From Elusimicrobia bacterium CG_4_9_14_3_um_filter_62_55 (GTDB lineage: Bacteria; Elusimicrobiota; Elusimicrobia; UBA1565): a stretch of 64,000 bases of DNA. Location: the NCBI GenBank assembly GCA_002790095.1, contig PFUL01000024.1:45-64044 (forward strand), read 5' to 3'. Both the position numbers and the translations under genes were made by a program. This document shows positions 29,973 through 39,589 of this stretch, one piece after another. The notes below the pieces were generated by a model, which saw only the letters and a list, made by a program, of their open reading frames with translations, did no database searches and was not told the origin of the DNA. How positions within the stretch are numbered: the first letter of the stretch is position 1; the number at the start of each line of letters is the position of its first letter.

Positions 29973-31543
29973 TGAATCTAAATCAGATGCTCGATCAGAC
30001 GGCCTCGCGCGTTCCCGAAAAGGCGGCCCTTGTATGGGTTGAAGGAAAAGGCGGGGAAGAGCGCTCTCTTTCGTTCGAGACGCTGCGCGAGCGCGTCCTG
30101 CGCGCGGCCTCGGCCTTCCGCTCGCGAGGCGTCGGGAAAGGGGACTGCGTCGCGATCATCCTGCGCAACGGTCCCGATTTCATCGTCGCCTACTTCGGAC
30201 TGCTTCGGATCGGCGCGATCGCGGTTCCGATCAACTACATGGTTCAAAAGCCCGAGGAACTGGCCTACATGCTCCACCATGTCGAGGCGAGAGCCGTCGT
30301 GGCCCAGCGCGAGTTCCTCAAAGGAATCTTGAAAGCGAAAGACGAGGTTCCCTCCTTGAAGCTCGTCTTGTCGAGCGACGGGTCGCGCGACCCGGAAGGC
30401 GTCGAACATTTCGGGGAATTCGTCGACACGGCCGCCCCGATCGCCGCTGCCGTCGAGACCTCCCCCGACGACACCGTCACGATGCTCTTCACCTCGGGGA
30501 CCACCGGCAACCCGAAAGCCGTGATGCTCACCCACGCCAATCTCGTGTCCAACATCGATGCCAGCATCGACGCGTTCGGACTCCGGGAGACGGACGTTTC
30601 CCTGACGCTATTGCCGATGTTCCATACCTTCGCGTGGACCTGCTGCACCTTGATCCCGCTGCGCCTCGGGGCGAAAAACGTCACGATCGCGGCGGTCGCT
30701 CCCCCGAAGCCCTGGCTCAACTTGATGGCCCGTCACCGAGTGACTGTTTTCGCCGCGGTTCCGCAGATTTACTCGCTTCTTGCCAAGCAGGCGACGGGCT
30801 TCAAGAAGTGGGTGCTGCGGCTCTGGTTTTTCCGCACCGTGCGCGTCGCGGTTTCCGGCGCCGCGCCGCTGGGAAAGAAGACGCTCGATGATTTCAAGAG
30901 CGCCTTCGGCGTCGGGATCACCGAAGGGTACGGGCTCACCGAAACCTCCCCGGTCGCGACCTTCAACCCCGTCGGCCGCCCGAAGGTCGGCAGCGTCGGC
31001 AAGCCCATCCGGGACGTGTTCGTCAGGATCATCTCCGATGACGGCCGCGAACTGCCCTCCGGAGGCGAAGGGGAGATTGAGATCAAGGGCCCCAACATCA
31101 TGAAGGGGTACTATAAGAACGAGAAGGCCACACGCGACGCCGTGAACGCGGAAGGCTGGTTCAAAAGCGGAGACGTCGGACTCATCGATGAGGACGGCTA
31201 TTTGTTCATCCGGGACCGCAAGAAGGACATGATCATCGTGAAGGGTCTCAAGGTGTTCTCCGCCCAAGTGGAGAAAGTGCTTATCGAGCATCCGGACATC
31301 CAGGAAGCCGCGGTCATCGGCATCCCCGACGAGTCGGGAGACGAACGCATCAAGGCGTTCATCGTGCTCGCCGAAGGGGCGGAGGCCGACACGGCCGAAC
31401 TCCACAAATTCTGCCGGAAGCATCTCGACGCCTACAAACGCCCCCGCGACATCGAGATTCTGAACGAACTGCCCAAGAACGCGCTGCAAAAGACGCTCAA
31501 GCGCGTGCTTCGCCAACGCGAACTGGAAAAAACGGGGAAATAG
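29972..31543 (+). CDS. Long-chain acyl-CoA ligase (FadD-like AMP-binding enzyme)
   Basis: FTSGTTGNPK, EGYGLTETSP, GWFKSGD, DRKKDMI and LPKNALQK. Confidence 0.93.
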   Translation: MNLNQMLDQTASRVPEKAALVWVEGKGGEERSLSFETLRERVLRAASAFRSRGVGKGDCVAIILRNGPDFIVAYFGLLRIGAIAVPINYMVQKPEELAYMLHHVEARAVVAQREFLKGILKAKDEVPSLKLVLSSDGSRDPEGVEHFGEFVDTAAPIAAAVETSPDDTVTMLFTSGTTGNPKAVMLTHANLVSNIDASIDAFGLRETDVSLTLLPMFHTFAWTCCTLIPLRLGAKNVTIAAVAPPKPWLNLMARHRVTVFAAVPQIYSLLAKQATGFKKWVLRLWFFRTVRVAVSGAAPLGKKTLDDFKSAFGVGITEGYGLTETSPVATFNPVGRPKVGSVGKPIRDVFVRIISDDGRELPSGGEGEIEIKGPNIMKGYYKNEKATRDAVNAEGWFKSGDVGLIDEDGYLFIRDRKKDMIIVKGLKVFSAQVEKVLIEHPDIQEAAVIGIPDESGDERIKAFIVLAEGAEADTAELHKFCRKHLDAYKRPRDIEILNELPKNALQKTLKRVLRQRELEKTGK

Positions 31544-31545
31544 GC

Positions 31546-33066
31546 ATGAGACCCGACTGGCTCAAGCTGCTGGGCCGCGAAGGCGCGATCCGCGAACTCG
31601 AGCCGCTCGCCGGCGAGCATGAGGGCGGCGTCTTCGTCGTCGGCGGGACGCTGCGGGACCGCGCCCTTAAGCGGGAAGGGGAACTCGTCGACATCGACCT
31701 CGCCGCGGCGGCCCCGGCGAAACCCTTCGCTCAGCGCGTCGCCCGCCGCCTGCGCGGATCCTTCGTCGTTCTCGATGAAGCCTCTCGCGTCTACCGGATC
31801 GTCGTCAAGGCGGGGAAAACGAGGGAGCGGGGTCTCCAAATCGACGTCGCCGAGATTCAAGGGGCGACGATCCGCGAGGATCTTTCGCGCCGGGATTTCA
31901 GCGTCAACGCGATGGCCGTCCGACTGCCGCTCGCCGGAGAGGGACTTCTCGATCCGTTTTCCGGATTGAAGGATCTCAGCCGCCGGACTTTGACCCCGGC
32001 GAACCCGAACGCGTTCCGGGACGATCCGCTTCGCATGCTGCGCGCCTACCGCCTCGCGGCGACTTTGGACCTGAAACTCGATGGGAAAACCGTGCGGGCG
32101 ATCCGAACGCACGCCAAACGCATCTCCTCCGCCGCGGGGGAACGCGTCCGCTCCGAACTGTTGGGGATTCTCTCGGTCGACGACAGCGCCGCGCGATTGC
32201 GCGCGATGGACGAGACGCGCCTTTTAACGGCCGTGTTCCCCGAACTGGAAGACTCGCGCCGCTGCGCCGAGGTGTACTACGGCCCCGGGGGGGTGCTGAA
32301 GCATTCGCTGGCCGTGGTCGACCGCGCCGACCGCCTGCTCGCGGATCCCGGCAAGGTCTATCCGGACTGGTCCGGGCGCTTCGAAGAGGCCCTCGCCGCG
32401 GGCCTGCCTCCCGGTTCGAATCCGAAAGCCCTCGTACGCCTTGCCTGCCTGCTCCATGACGTCGCCAAACCGGCCACCGCGAAGAAGATCAAGGGAAGAC
32501 TCCGCTTCTTCGGTCACGAGTCGCGCGGCGCGGCGATGAGCCTGGAGATTCTCAAACGCCTGCGCTTTTCCGGAGATGAAGCCGAAACGATCCGGGTTTG
32601 CGTCCATCATCATCTGCGTCCCGGAAACCTCGCGGCGAATAAGATCGTCAGCGATAAGGCCGTCTTCCGGTTCTTTCGCGACCTCGACACCCACGGCGTG
32701 CGCCTCCTCGCGGTCTGCTGGGCCGATCACGCGAGCTACCTGGCCCCCGCCGCCCTGAGATCGATTCTCGACCGGGTCACGGAAGACCCGCACCGCTCGG
32801 ATCTCTCCCGGATTCGCTCGGAAGACGCCCGGAAAACGCTTTTCCATCTTCAGGTCGTTTCCTACCTGCTCGACCAGTGGTTCAACCGACCCGAGACCTC
32901 GCGTCCGCAGCGTCTGCTGGACGGGAATTCGGTGATGAAGGCCCTTGGAATCGCTCCCGGCCCCGGAGTGGGCGAAGCCCTTGAGGCCCTGACCGAAGCC
33001 CAGGCCGAGGGAATCGTCAAGAACCGCAGCGAAGCTTTGAACTTTCTTAAAACCCGAAAGACATAA
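31546..33066 (+). CDS. Class II tRNA nucleotidyltransferase/poly(A) polymerase family with HD domain (probably CC-adding)
   Basis: VGGTLRD...DIDLA, EDLSRRDFSVNAMA, DDPLRMLRAYR, LLHDVAK and FFGH. Confidence 0.9.
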   Translation: MRPDWLKLLGREGAIRELEPLAGEHEGGVFVVGGTLRDRALKREGELVDIDLAAAAPAKPFAQRVARRLRGSFVVLDEASRVYRIVVKAGKTRERGLQIDVAEIQGATIREDLSRRDFSVNAMAVRLPLAGEGLLDPFSGLKDLSRRTLTPANPNAFRDDPLRMLRAYRLAATLDLKLDGKTVRAIRTHAKRISSAAGERVRSELLGILSVDDSAARLRAMDETRLLTAVFPELEDSRRCAEVYYGPGGVLKHSLAVVDRADRLLADPGKVYPDWSGRFEEALAAGLPPGSNPKALVRLACLLHDVAKPATAKKIKGRLRFFGHESRGAAMSLEILKRLRFSGDEAETIRVCVHHHLRPGNLAANKIVSDKAVFRFFRDLDTHGVRLLAVCWADHASYLAPAALRSILDRVTEDPHRSDLSRIRSEDARKTLFHLQVVSYLLDQWFNRPETSRPQRLLDGNSVMKALGIAPGPGVGEALEALTEAQAEGIVKNRSEALNFLKTRKT

Positions 33067-33139
33067 AACGGTAATGGTGCCGGACTCCTTCCCCTGTTAT
33101 ACTCAGCGGGGAGCCGTCAGACGCGTCAAAACCGCAACC

Positions 33140-36100
33140 ATGCTACTGAGATCCCGTTTCCGGACGCTTCTCTTTTTGCCGCTGCTCTTCGTCCTCGCGG
33201 CGCGCGGACCGGCGTCCGCCGCCGATTCCAACGCGCCGCTGCTCTTTAACCGACTTAACACGGATTGTCTGGGGTCCTTGATCAGCGACGTGACGCTCGG
33301 AACGGCGAGCCCCAACCTTCAGATCACGCTTCAAGACACCGGCTCGGGACTGCGCTTCGGCCAATCCGCTCATACCGGCGGGGCCAACGCCCGCACGGGA
33401 ACGAAGCTGCTGATGCACTTTGACGAAGCGGCTCTCACCTATACCGACGACACGACCTTCGCCCACAACGCCGTCGCCGCGAACAATCCGACTCCTCCGG
33501 CCTCGTGCGCGGGAGCGGGATTTACGGGCGCGGGCGACTGCATCGATTTTACGGCCGCAGGCCAGTTCATCCGGGTGTTGAAGTCGGCCAACCTCGCCGA
33601 CACGACCTCCCAGATCACGATTCAGGCCTGGATCAACCCCGACAGCCTGGGCAGCGACCCGATCGTCGAGTTCAACGATCCGGCGGGCGGGACGCCGATC
33701 GGGCTGCACTTCTGGCACTCGGTCTCCGCCTCGGGGGACTTGTACGCGAACTTGATCTCCTCGGGCCGGGTCAACAACGTGATCAAAAGCTCCGGCGGCT
33801 TCGTGCGCACCGGAGTCTGGCAGTTGGCGACGCTCACCTTTGGGGGGGGGGCCGCGAAACTCTATCTCAACGACGTGATGATCGCCTCCGGCGGAGTTAG
33901 CGGAGTTGGCGGCTTCGACGCGGAGCTCCTCGACGTCAACAAAGACGTGTACATCGGACACCGGCCCTCGGTAGGCGGAACGACCTTCGACGGGCAAATC
34001 GACGAGGTCCGCATCCTGCGCGGAGGCTTATCCGACAAGGACATCGCCGCGGACTACTACTCAGGCATCGTCGAAATCAGCACCTCCGGTTCGAGCGGCC
34101 CTCGCGTAAAGACGCGGATTCCGGCGGGCGCCGTCGCCTACAGCGGCAGCGCGACCAACGGAACGGTTTCGGCGGTCACCGCGACCTACACCGCCGCCCC
34201 GTTCGTTCCGGGCAACCAAAACTTCGTCAGTTGGCTGTTCCAGGACATGAGCGGCAACACCTCGTTCTCGAACGTGACCTTGGACATCTTTGAACTGCCG
34301 CCCACGGCGCCGACGCTATTCGCCGGTTCCCCGTCCGGAACGACCTCGATCGCGTGGAGTTGGACCGCGCCCTCGCGCTACTGCCTCTCCGCGGGGGGAG
34401 GCGGCGCGATCTACCAGGTGCTCAACGCCGCCACCAACGCCGACGTCAGCGCCGGCGATCCGACGAAAACCGATCTCGCGTTCTCGGAAACCGGCGGCCT
34501 CGCGGCGAACACCGCGTACGGACGCGTCGTCCGCGCGGTGGACGCGTTCGGAAACGGCGCGCTGTCGGGATCGGCCACGACCTACACGCAGGCCGCGATC
34601 CCGACGACCTTAAGCCTCTCCGCCGTATCGACCGGAAGCGTCGTAATCGGGTGGAGCGCCGCCGGAAATCCCGGCTATACGCGCTATGAAGTCAGTCTGT
34701 CATCGGACAACTTCACGACGGTTTTTTCGACGCCGGCCCAGATCTCCGACAACCTCGTCGCCGTTTCGCTCGGAGTCGGCGGGCTTTTGCCGAATACGAC
34801 CTACAACGTTCGCGTACGCGCCAAGAACGGCCAGGCGAGCGACGCGCTCGGGCAAACCTTTACCGGCTTCCTGACCGGCTCGTTCGCGACGCTCGCCGCA
34901 GCCCCGACGAGCCTGAGCGCGAGCGCCCTCGGGGTCTCCTCGATCGCCTGGTCTTGGTCGGCGGTTCCGACGGCGACGAGCTACCGGCTCGTGAACGCGA
35001 ACACCGGCGCGGACATCGTCGTGACCGGGGGAACCTCGTTCAACCAAACCGGGGTGGCGGCCAACTCTCAGATCGTCGGAAAACTTCGGGCGGACAACGC
35101 CTCCGGAAACGGGCTCTTCGGCGCCGACGTCGGCGTTTACACGCACGCGAACGTCCCGACCGGCCCGCCGTCGGTCACGGCGGGTTCGACGACGCTCGCG
35201 ATCAGTTGGGGATTGAACTCGAACCCGGCCAACACGGTTTTTCAAGCGGTCGTCTCGACCTCGGCGGCGTTCGGCGTGATCGCGCAGACGGTTTCGGTCT
35301 CGGGCACCTCCGCCAATTTCACGAATCTTGTCCCGGCGACCGTCTATCACGTCAAGGTGCGTTCGGTGAACGGCGACGGGATTGTCTCCGCGTTCACCGC
35401 CGCGACCCAAACCCAGACCACCCAGTTCGTCGGCATCTCCTCGGCCTCGGCGCCCTCGACTCCGTATTCCCCGACCAGCGGCAGCGTCGGCGTGTGGCAT
35501 TTCGACGAATCCTCCGGCACGCTCTCGACGGACGCTTCGGGCAACGCCAATCAGGCGCAGCTCACCTGCGGCTTCGTCAACTGCTCGACTCCGACCTTCA
35601 CCTCCGGGATGAGCGGGCTCGGCAACGCGGTGCGCTTTAGCGGCATTCAAAACACCCTCTGCCGCGTCGGCAGCAAGGCCAATCTGGAAACGACAGGGGA
35701 CATCACGGTTTCCGCGTGGGTCTATCCCGACTCGTTCAATCAGGTCGGCGGCGCGGGGATCGTCGTGAAGGGCTCGGGATCGTTTGAATCCTATGCGCTC
35801 GAAACCACTCCCACACGCGAATGGTCGTTTAAAATCGTCGATTCGGCCAACGCCCAGCATTCGATTAAATCGACGATGACGCTGGCGACCGGAAAGTGGA
35901 CGCATCTCACCGGCGTCTATGTCTCCGGCGCGGGAGCTCTCCTGCGCCTCTACGTCGACGGCGTGCAGACCAGTTCCGCCGCCTTGGTGGGGGGGGGAAT
36001 CGCCGCCCGCCGCGCGGATACCCACGACCTGACGATCGGAAACCGACAAAGCGGCTCGGCGTCCTACGACCGGGGCTTCAACGGCTCGATCGACGAGGCG

Positions 36101-36940
36101 CAAATCCAGACCCGCGCGCTCTCGGCCGCGGAGATTCTCGGGCTCTATCAAAGCGCGTCGCCGGGCACATTCACGGCGCCGTCCCCGAACGAGAACACCC
36201 GGTTGACGATCCCCGCGGACGCCTTCGGAAATCAAGCGACGATCCTCGTCTCAGGAACGCCGTTGACCTCTCCCATCAAGATCAACACCGGCATCCTTAC
36301 CGACGGGCTGGCCGCTCCCCCGACCGGACAGACCTATGTCCCCGACAGCGTCATCGAGATCGTCGCCAACGTCAACGGATCCGCTTTCACCGAAAACCTG
36401 CACAGCTCGGTCACTGTCTCTATCCCCTATCCCGACTCCGACGGGAACCTGCTGGTCGATGGAACCGATCCGCCCCTGCCGGTCACGCGTCTGACCATGT
36501 ACACGCTCAACGAGGCGGTCGTTCGCTGGGAACCGCTCGCGACGACCGTGGACACGGCGAACAAACGCGTCAACGGGCAAACCAGTCACTTCTCGGTTTT
36601 CGCGCTGTTCGGACCGACCGGGGTCAAGTCCGACGTGAACACGGTCCGAGTCTATCCGAATCCCTGGAAGCCCGGCAGCAGCGGAAACTTCGATTCCGTT
36701 ACGTTCGGAAGCAGAACCGGACTGGCGATCGACAATCTTCCGACCTCCGGCGTGATCCGTATTTTCACGCTCAGCGGCGAACGGGTGGTGGACGTTCCCT
36801 TCAGCGGTCCGGACGCGGGAACCGCGATTTGGGACGGCCGAAACCAGGGAGGCCTGCCCGTGGCGAGCGGGGTGTATTTTGCCTACGTAAAATCCGATAC
36901 GGGCGCGACGGTCGTCAAGAAATTCGCGATTCAACGCTGA
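33140..36940 (+). CDS. Large secreted protein: LamG - multiple FN3 - LamG - HFS-motif domain - T9SS/FlgD-Ig-like C-terminal sorting domain
   Basis: Signal peptide; FDGQIDEVRI and FNGSIDEAQI (LamG); GLLPNTTYNVRVRA (FN3); C-terminal VYPNPWKP...WDGRN...VASGVYF. Confidence 0.88.
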   Translation: MLLRSRFRTLLFLPLLFVLAARGPASAADSNAPLLFNRLNTDCLGSLISDVTLGTASPNLQITLQDTGSGLRFGQSAHTGGANARTGTKLLMHFDEAALTYTDDTTFAHNAVAANNPTPPASCAGAGFTGAGDCIDFTAAGQFIRVLKSANLADTTSQITIQAWINPDSLGSDPIVEFNDPAGGTPIGLHFWHSVSASGDLYANLISSGRVNNVIKSSGGFVRTGVWQLATLTFGGGAAKLYLNDVMIASGGVSGVGGFDAELLDVNKDVYIGHRPSVGGTTFDGQIDEVRILRGGLSDKDIAADYYSGIVEISTSGSSGPRVKTRIPAGAVAYSGSATNGTVSAVTATYTAAPFVPGNQNFVSWLFQDMSGNTSFSNVTLDIFELPPTAPTLFAGSPSGTTSIAWSWTAPSRYCLSAGGGGAIYQVLNAATNADVSAGDPTKTDLAFSETGGLAANTAYGRVVRAVDAFGNGALSGSATTYTQAAIPTTLSLSAVSTGSVVIGWSAAGNPGYTRYEVSLSSDNFTTVFSTPAQISDNLVAVSLGVGGLLPNTTYNVRVRAKNGQASDALGQTFTGFLTGSFATLAAAPTSLSASALGVSSIAWSWSAVPTATSYRLVNANTGADIVVTGGTSFNQTGVAANSQIVGKLRADNASGNGLFGADVGVYTHANVPTGPPSVTAGSTTLAISWGLNSNPANTVFQAVVSTSAAFGVIAQTVSVSGTSANFTNLVPATVYHVKVRSVNGDGIVSAFTAATQTQTTQFVGISSASAPSTPYSPTSGSVGVWHFDESSGTLSTDASGNANQAQLTCGFVNCSTPTFTSGMSGLGNAVRFSGIQNTLCRVGSKANLETTGDITVSAWVYPDSFNQVGGAGIVVKGSGSFESYALETTPTREWSFKIVDSANAQHSIKSTMTLATGKWTHLTGVYVSGAGALLRLYVDGVQTSSAALVGGGIAARRADTHDLTIGNRQSGSASYDRGFNGSIDEAQIQTRALSAAEILGLYQSASPGTFTAPSPNENTRLTIPADAFGNQATILVSGTPLTSPIKINTGILTDGLAAPPTGQTYVPDSVIEIVANVNGSAFTENLHSSVTVSIPYPDSDGNLLVDGTDPPLPVTRLTMYTLNEAVVRWEPLATTVDTANKRVNGQTSHFSVFALFGPTGVKSDVNTVRVYPNPWKPGSSGNFDSVTFGSRTGLAIDNLPTSGVIRIFTLSGERVVDVPFSGPDAGTAIWDGRNQGGLPVASGVYFAYVKSDTGATVVKKFAIQR

Positions 36941-36941
36941 C

Positions 36942-37931
36942 ATGAAGACGATCGCCGCCGTCCTCGCGTTCTCTCTCGCCCTTCTTCCCGGCGCGGCGCG
37001 CGCGGCGACGAAGCAAGCGGGCACTTCATCCGGGGAATTCCTGAAATTCGGGCCCGACGCGCGCGGCGTCGCGATGGGGCACGCGATGAGCGCCGTGGCG
37101 GAGGATTCGTCGGCGCTGTACTGGAACCCCGCCGGACTCGCGATGGTCACGCGCTCGCACGTCACCGCGACTCACGCCTTCCTGTTCCAGGATGTTTTTT
37201 ACGACTACGCGGCGTTCGCCAAGCCCATCGCCCCGTTGGTGCAGCCCCGCCGCCGCTTTATGCGGCCCAGCGTTTTGGGATCGCTCGCGCTCAGCCTCCA
37301 GTACCTGAACGCGGGGCGGCTGGAGGAGCGGATCAACACGGGACAGGCGACGGGGGGAACCTTCACTCCCCGCGACCTCGCGATCTCCGCGGGATGGGGA
37401 AGTTCCCTGACGGACTCCATCGATTTCGGTCTCGCCCTCAAGTACATCGACTCCCGCATCCAAAAGAGCGCCTCGACCGGAGCGGTCGACGCGGGACTGC
37501 GGTACCGGAGCCGCCTCTACGATTGGCCGTGGACCCTCGCCGCGGCGGCCGGTAATTTCGGGGGCGCCCTGCGCTTTGACAACCAGCGCGATCCGCTCCC
37601 GGTTACGGTCCGCTTCGGAAACAGCCTCCGGCCCGCCGATTTTCTCGTGATCGCGGGTGACATCGTCTTGACCCGCGACAACCGTCCGTACCCGGCCCTG
37701 GGAGCGGAAGGGCTGTTCGCCGTCGAAGAAAGTCTCGTCCTCGCGATTCGCGGCGGCTACAACGGCCGCAGCGGCGCGTCGGACCTCGACGGCTTCTCGG
37801 GAATCTCGTTTGGGCTCGGCATGAAAATGCACGCGTTCGCCGTCGATTACGCCTGGCGTCCGTTCGGCGCGCTCGGCCAAACCCACCGCCTCACCCTCGG
37901 CTACGCCTTCGGAAAAACCATCCGAAGATGA
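36942..37931 (+). CDS. PorV/PorQ-family outer-membrane beta-barrel
   Basis: Signal peptide; [24 protein letters not shown] and DYAW.PFG.LG.THR. Confidence 0.85.
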   Translation: MKTIAAVLAFSLALLPGAARAATKQAGTSSGEFLKFGPDARGVAMGHAMSAVAEDSSALYWNPAGLAMVTRSHVTATHAFLFQDVFYDYAAFAKPIAPLVQPRRRFMRPSVLGSLALSLQYLNAGRLEERINTGQATGGTFTPRDLAISAGWGSSLTDSIDFGLALKYIDSRIQKSASTGAVDAGLRYRSRLYDWPWTLAAAAGNFGGALRFDNQRDPLPVTVRFGNSLRPADFLVIAGDIVLTRDNRPYPALGAEGLFAVEESLVLAIRGGYNGRSGASDLDGFSGISFGLGMKMHAFAVDYAWRPFGALGQTHRLTLGYAFGKTIRR

Positions 37932-37956
37932 TAGAGTAAACACCCAAGGGGGAGAT

Positions 37957-38376
37957 ATGCCTAAAGCCATCATGAAGACCAGTAAGGGGACAATGACCAT
38001 CGATCTATTCGAGAAGGACGCCCCGAACACGGTCAAGAACTTCACCGATCTTTCCAAGAAGGGGTTTTACGACGGACTTGCTTTTCACCGAGTCATCGCC
38101 AACTTCATGATTCAGGGCGGCTGTCCCAACGGAACCGGCACCGGCGGTCCGGGCTATCAGATCAAGTGCGAACTCAACGCCAATAAGCACCTCCCGGGGA
38201 CGCTCTCGATGGCGCACGCCGGACGCAATACCGGGGGAAGCCAATTCTTCATCTGCCACGTCGCCTGCCCGCACCTGGACGGGGAGCACACCGTCTTTGG
38301 GAGAACCTCGGACATGGAGGTCGTCAACGCGATCCGGCAAGGCGACGAAATCGAATCGGTCACGATCGAAAACTGA
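37957..38376 (+). CDS. Cyclophilin-type peptidyl-prolyl isomerase
   Basis: [27 protein letters not shown] and [10 protein letters not shown]. Confidence 0.96.
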   Translation: MPKAIMKTSKGTMTIDLFEKDAPNTVKNFTDLSKKGFYDGLAFHRVIANFMIQGGCPNGTGTGGPGYQIKCELNANKHLPGTLSMAHAGRNTGGSQFFICHVACPHLDGEHTVFGRTSDMEVVNAIRQGDEIESVTIEN

Positions 38377-38419
38377 CGCCGTCCCCTAAGGACCTTAAAC
38401 GCGTTGGGACCTATTACGG

Positions 38420-38456
38420 CCCGGACCTGCCCGAAAGGCGCAGGTCCGGGTCTTTT
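38420..38456 (+). terminator. Rho-independent terminator
   Basis: CCCGGACCTGC-ccgaaaggc-GCAGGTCCGGG followed by TCTTTT. Confidence 0.75.
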
Positions 38457-38477
38457 AATGACGCTAAACTAGGGAAG

Positions 38478-38645
38478 ATGAGACTGTCCCCGTTATTGCT
38501 CGCGTTCGCGGCTTCTCCCGCTTGGTGCGGCCCCGCCGTGTTTTCCAAGGCGCCGACGCCCGTCCGACTTGGACCCGTCGGAACGGGGGAACGCGGCGCA
38601 AAACGCCGGGAGGAGTTTTTCGATGGCTTACGACGGGGGTGTTAA
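38478..38645 (+). CDS. Small ORF (55 aa) with signal-peptide-like N-terminus, possibly a frameshifted N-terminus of PPK2
   Basis: MRLSPLLLAFAASPAWCGPAVF...EEFFDGLRRGC*; ATG 7 nt after TAAACT. Confidence 0.45.
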   Translation: MRLSPLLLAFAASPAWCGPAVFSKAPTPVRLGPVGTGERGAKRREEFFDGLRRGC

Positions 38646-39522
38646 CGCGGCGGACGACGCGGGCGTTCCGACGGGCTCCTTCGACGCGTTCGGCGACGGA
38701 CTCGACGCGTACCGGGTCGAGCCGTCGAAGCGCAAATCCCTGAGGCTCTCCGACTACGACCCCGACGACACGGGTGACTTTTCCAAGAACAAGAAGGGGA
38801 AGAAGAAGGCGCTCAAGCAGCTCGCAAAGGAAACCGAGCGGATGCAGGCGCTGCAGCAGCGTCTTTACGCGGAAGGGAAACGCTCCGTCTTGATCGTGTT
38901 TCAAGCGCCGGATACCGGCGGGAAAGACGGCACGATTCGCTGGGTGATCGGCCCGCTCAACCCCCAAGGGGTGCGCGTGTCCAACTTTAAGAAGCCCTCC
39001 GCCGTGGAAGCCCGGCATCACTATCTCTGGCGGATCAAAAAGGAACTCCCCAAACCCGGCATGATGCGGGTCTTCAACCGCTCTCACTACGAGGACATTC
39101 TGGTCCCGAGCGTCCTGAAAACCGAGGAGGCCGCGGTCGTTGAAGGGCGCTACGACGAGATCAACGCGTTCGAACGTAATCTCGCGGAAAAGGGAGTGAC
39201 CGTCGTCAAATTCTTCCTTCACATTTCCAAAGACGAGCAAAAACGCCGCCTGCAGGCGCGCCTGGACGACCCCGAGAAGACCTGGAAGTTCGATCCGAAC
39301 GATCTGAAATCGCGGGCGCTTTGGGAGCAGTACATGCGCGTCTACGAAAAAATGCTCGCCCGAACGAGCACTGCGCGGGCCCCGTGGTACGTGATCCCCG
39401 CCAACCATAAATGGTATCGCAGCCTCGTGATCGCGAGGATATTGCGCAAGACGATGGAAGCGATGGACCCGCGTTTCCCGCCGCCGCCCGAGGGTCTCGA
39501 CTCGATCATCATACCCGACTGA
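38623..39522 (+). CDS. ppk2: Polyphosphate kinase 2 family (class III-like)
   Basis: FQAPDTGGKDG, FNRSHYEDILV, KFFLHISK and APWYVIPA; GGAGG SD before ATG 38623. Confidence 0.92.
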   Translation: MAYDGGVNAADDAGVPTGSFDAFGDGLDAYRVEPSKRKSLRLSDYDPDDTGDFSKNKKGKKKALKQLAKETERMQALQQRLYAEGKRSVLIVFQAPDTGGKDGTIRWVIGPLNPQGVRVSNFKKPSAVEARHHYLWRIKKELPKPGMMRVFNRSHYEDILVPSVLKTEEAAVVEGRYDEINAFERNLAEKGVTVVKFFLHISKDEQKRRLQARLDDPEKTWKFDPNDLKSRALWEQYMRVYEKMLARTSTARAPWYVIPANHKWYRSLVIARILRKTMEAMDPRFPPPPEGLDSIIIPD

Positions 39523-39543
39523 TTGCTCACCGCGTTTCGCTCA

Positions 39544-39575
39544 AAACCTGATCCTCAGGGTCAGGTTTCTTTTTT
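39544..39575 (+). terminator. Rho-independent terminator
   Basis: AAACCTGATCC-tca-GGGTCAGGTTT followed by CTTTTTT. Confidence 0.65.
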
Positions 39576-39589
39576 GCTATGATGCCTGC

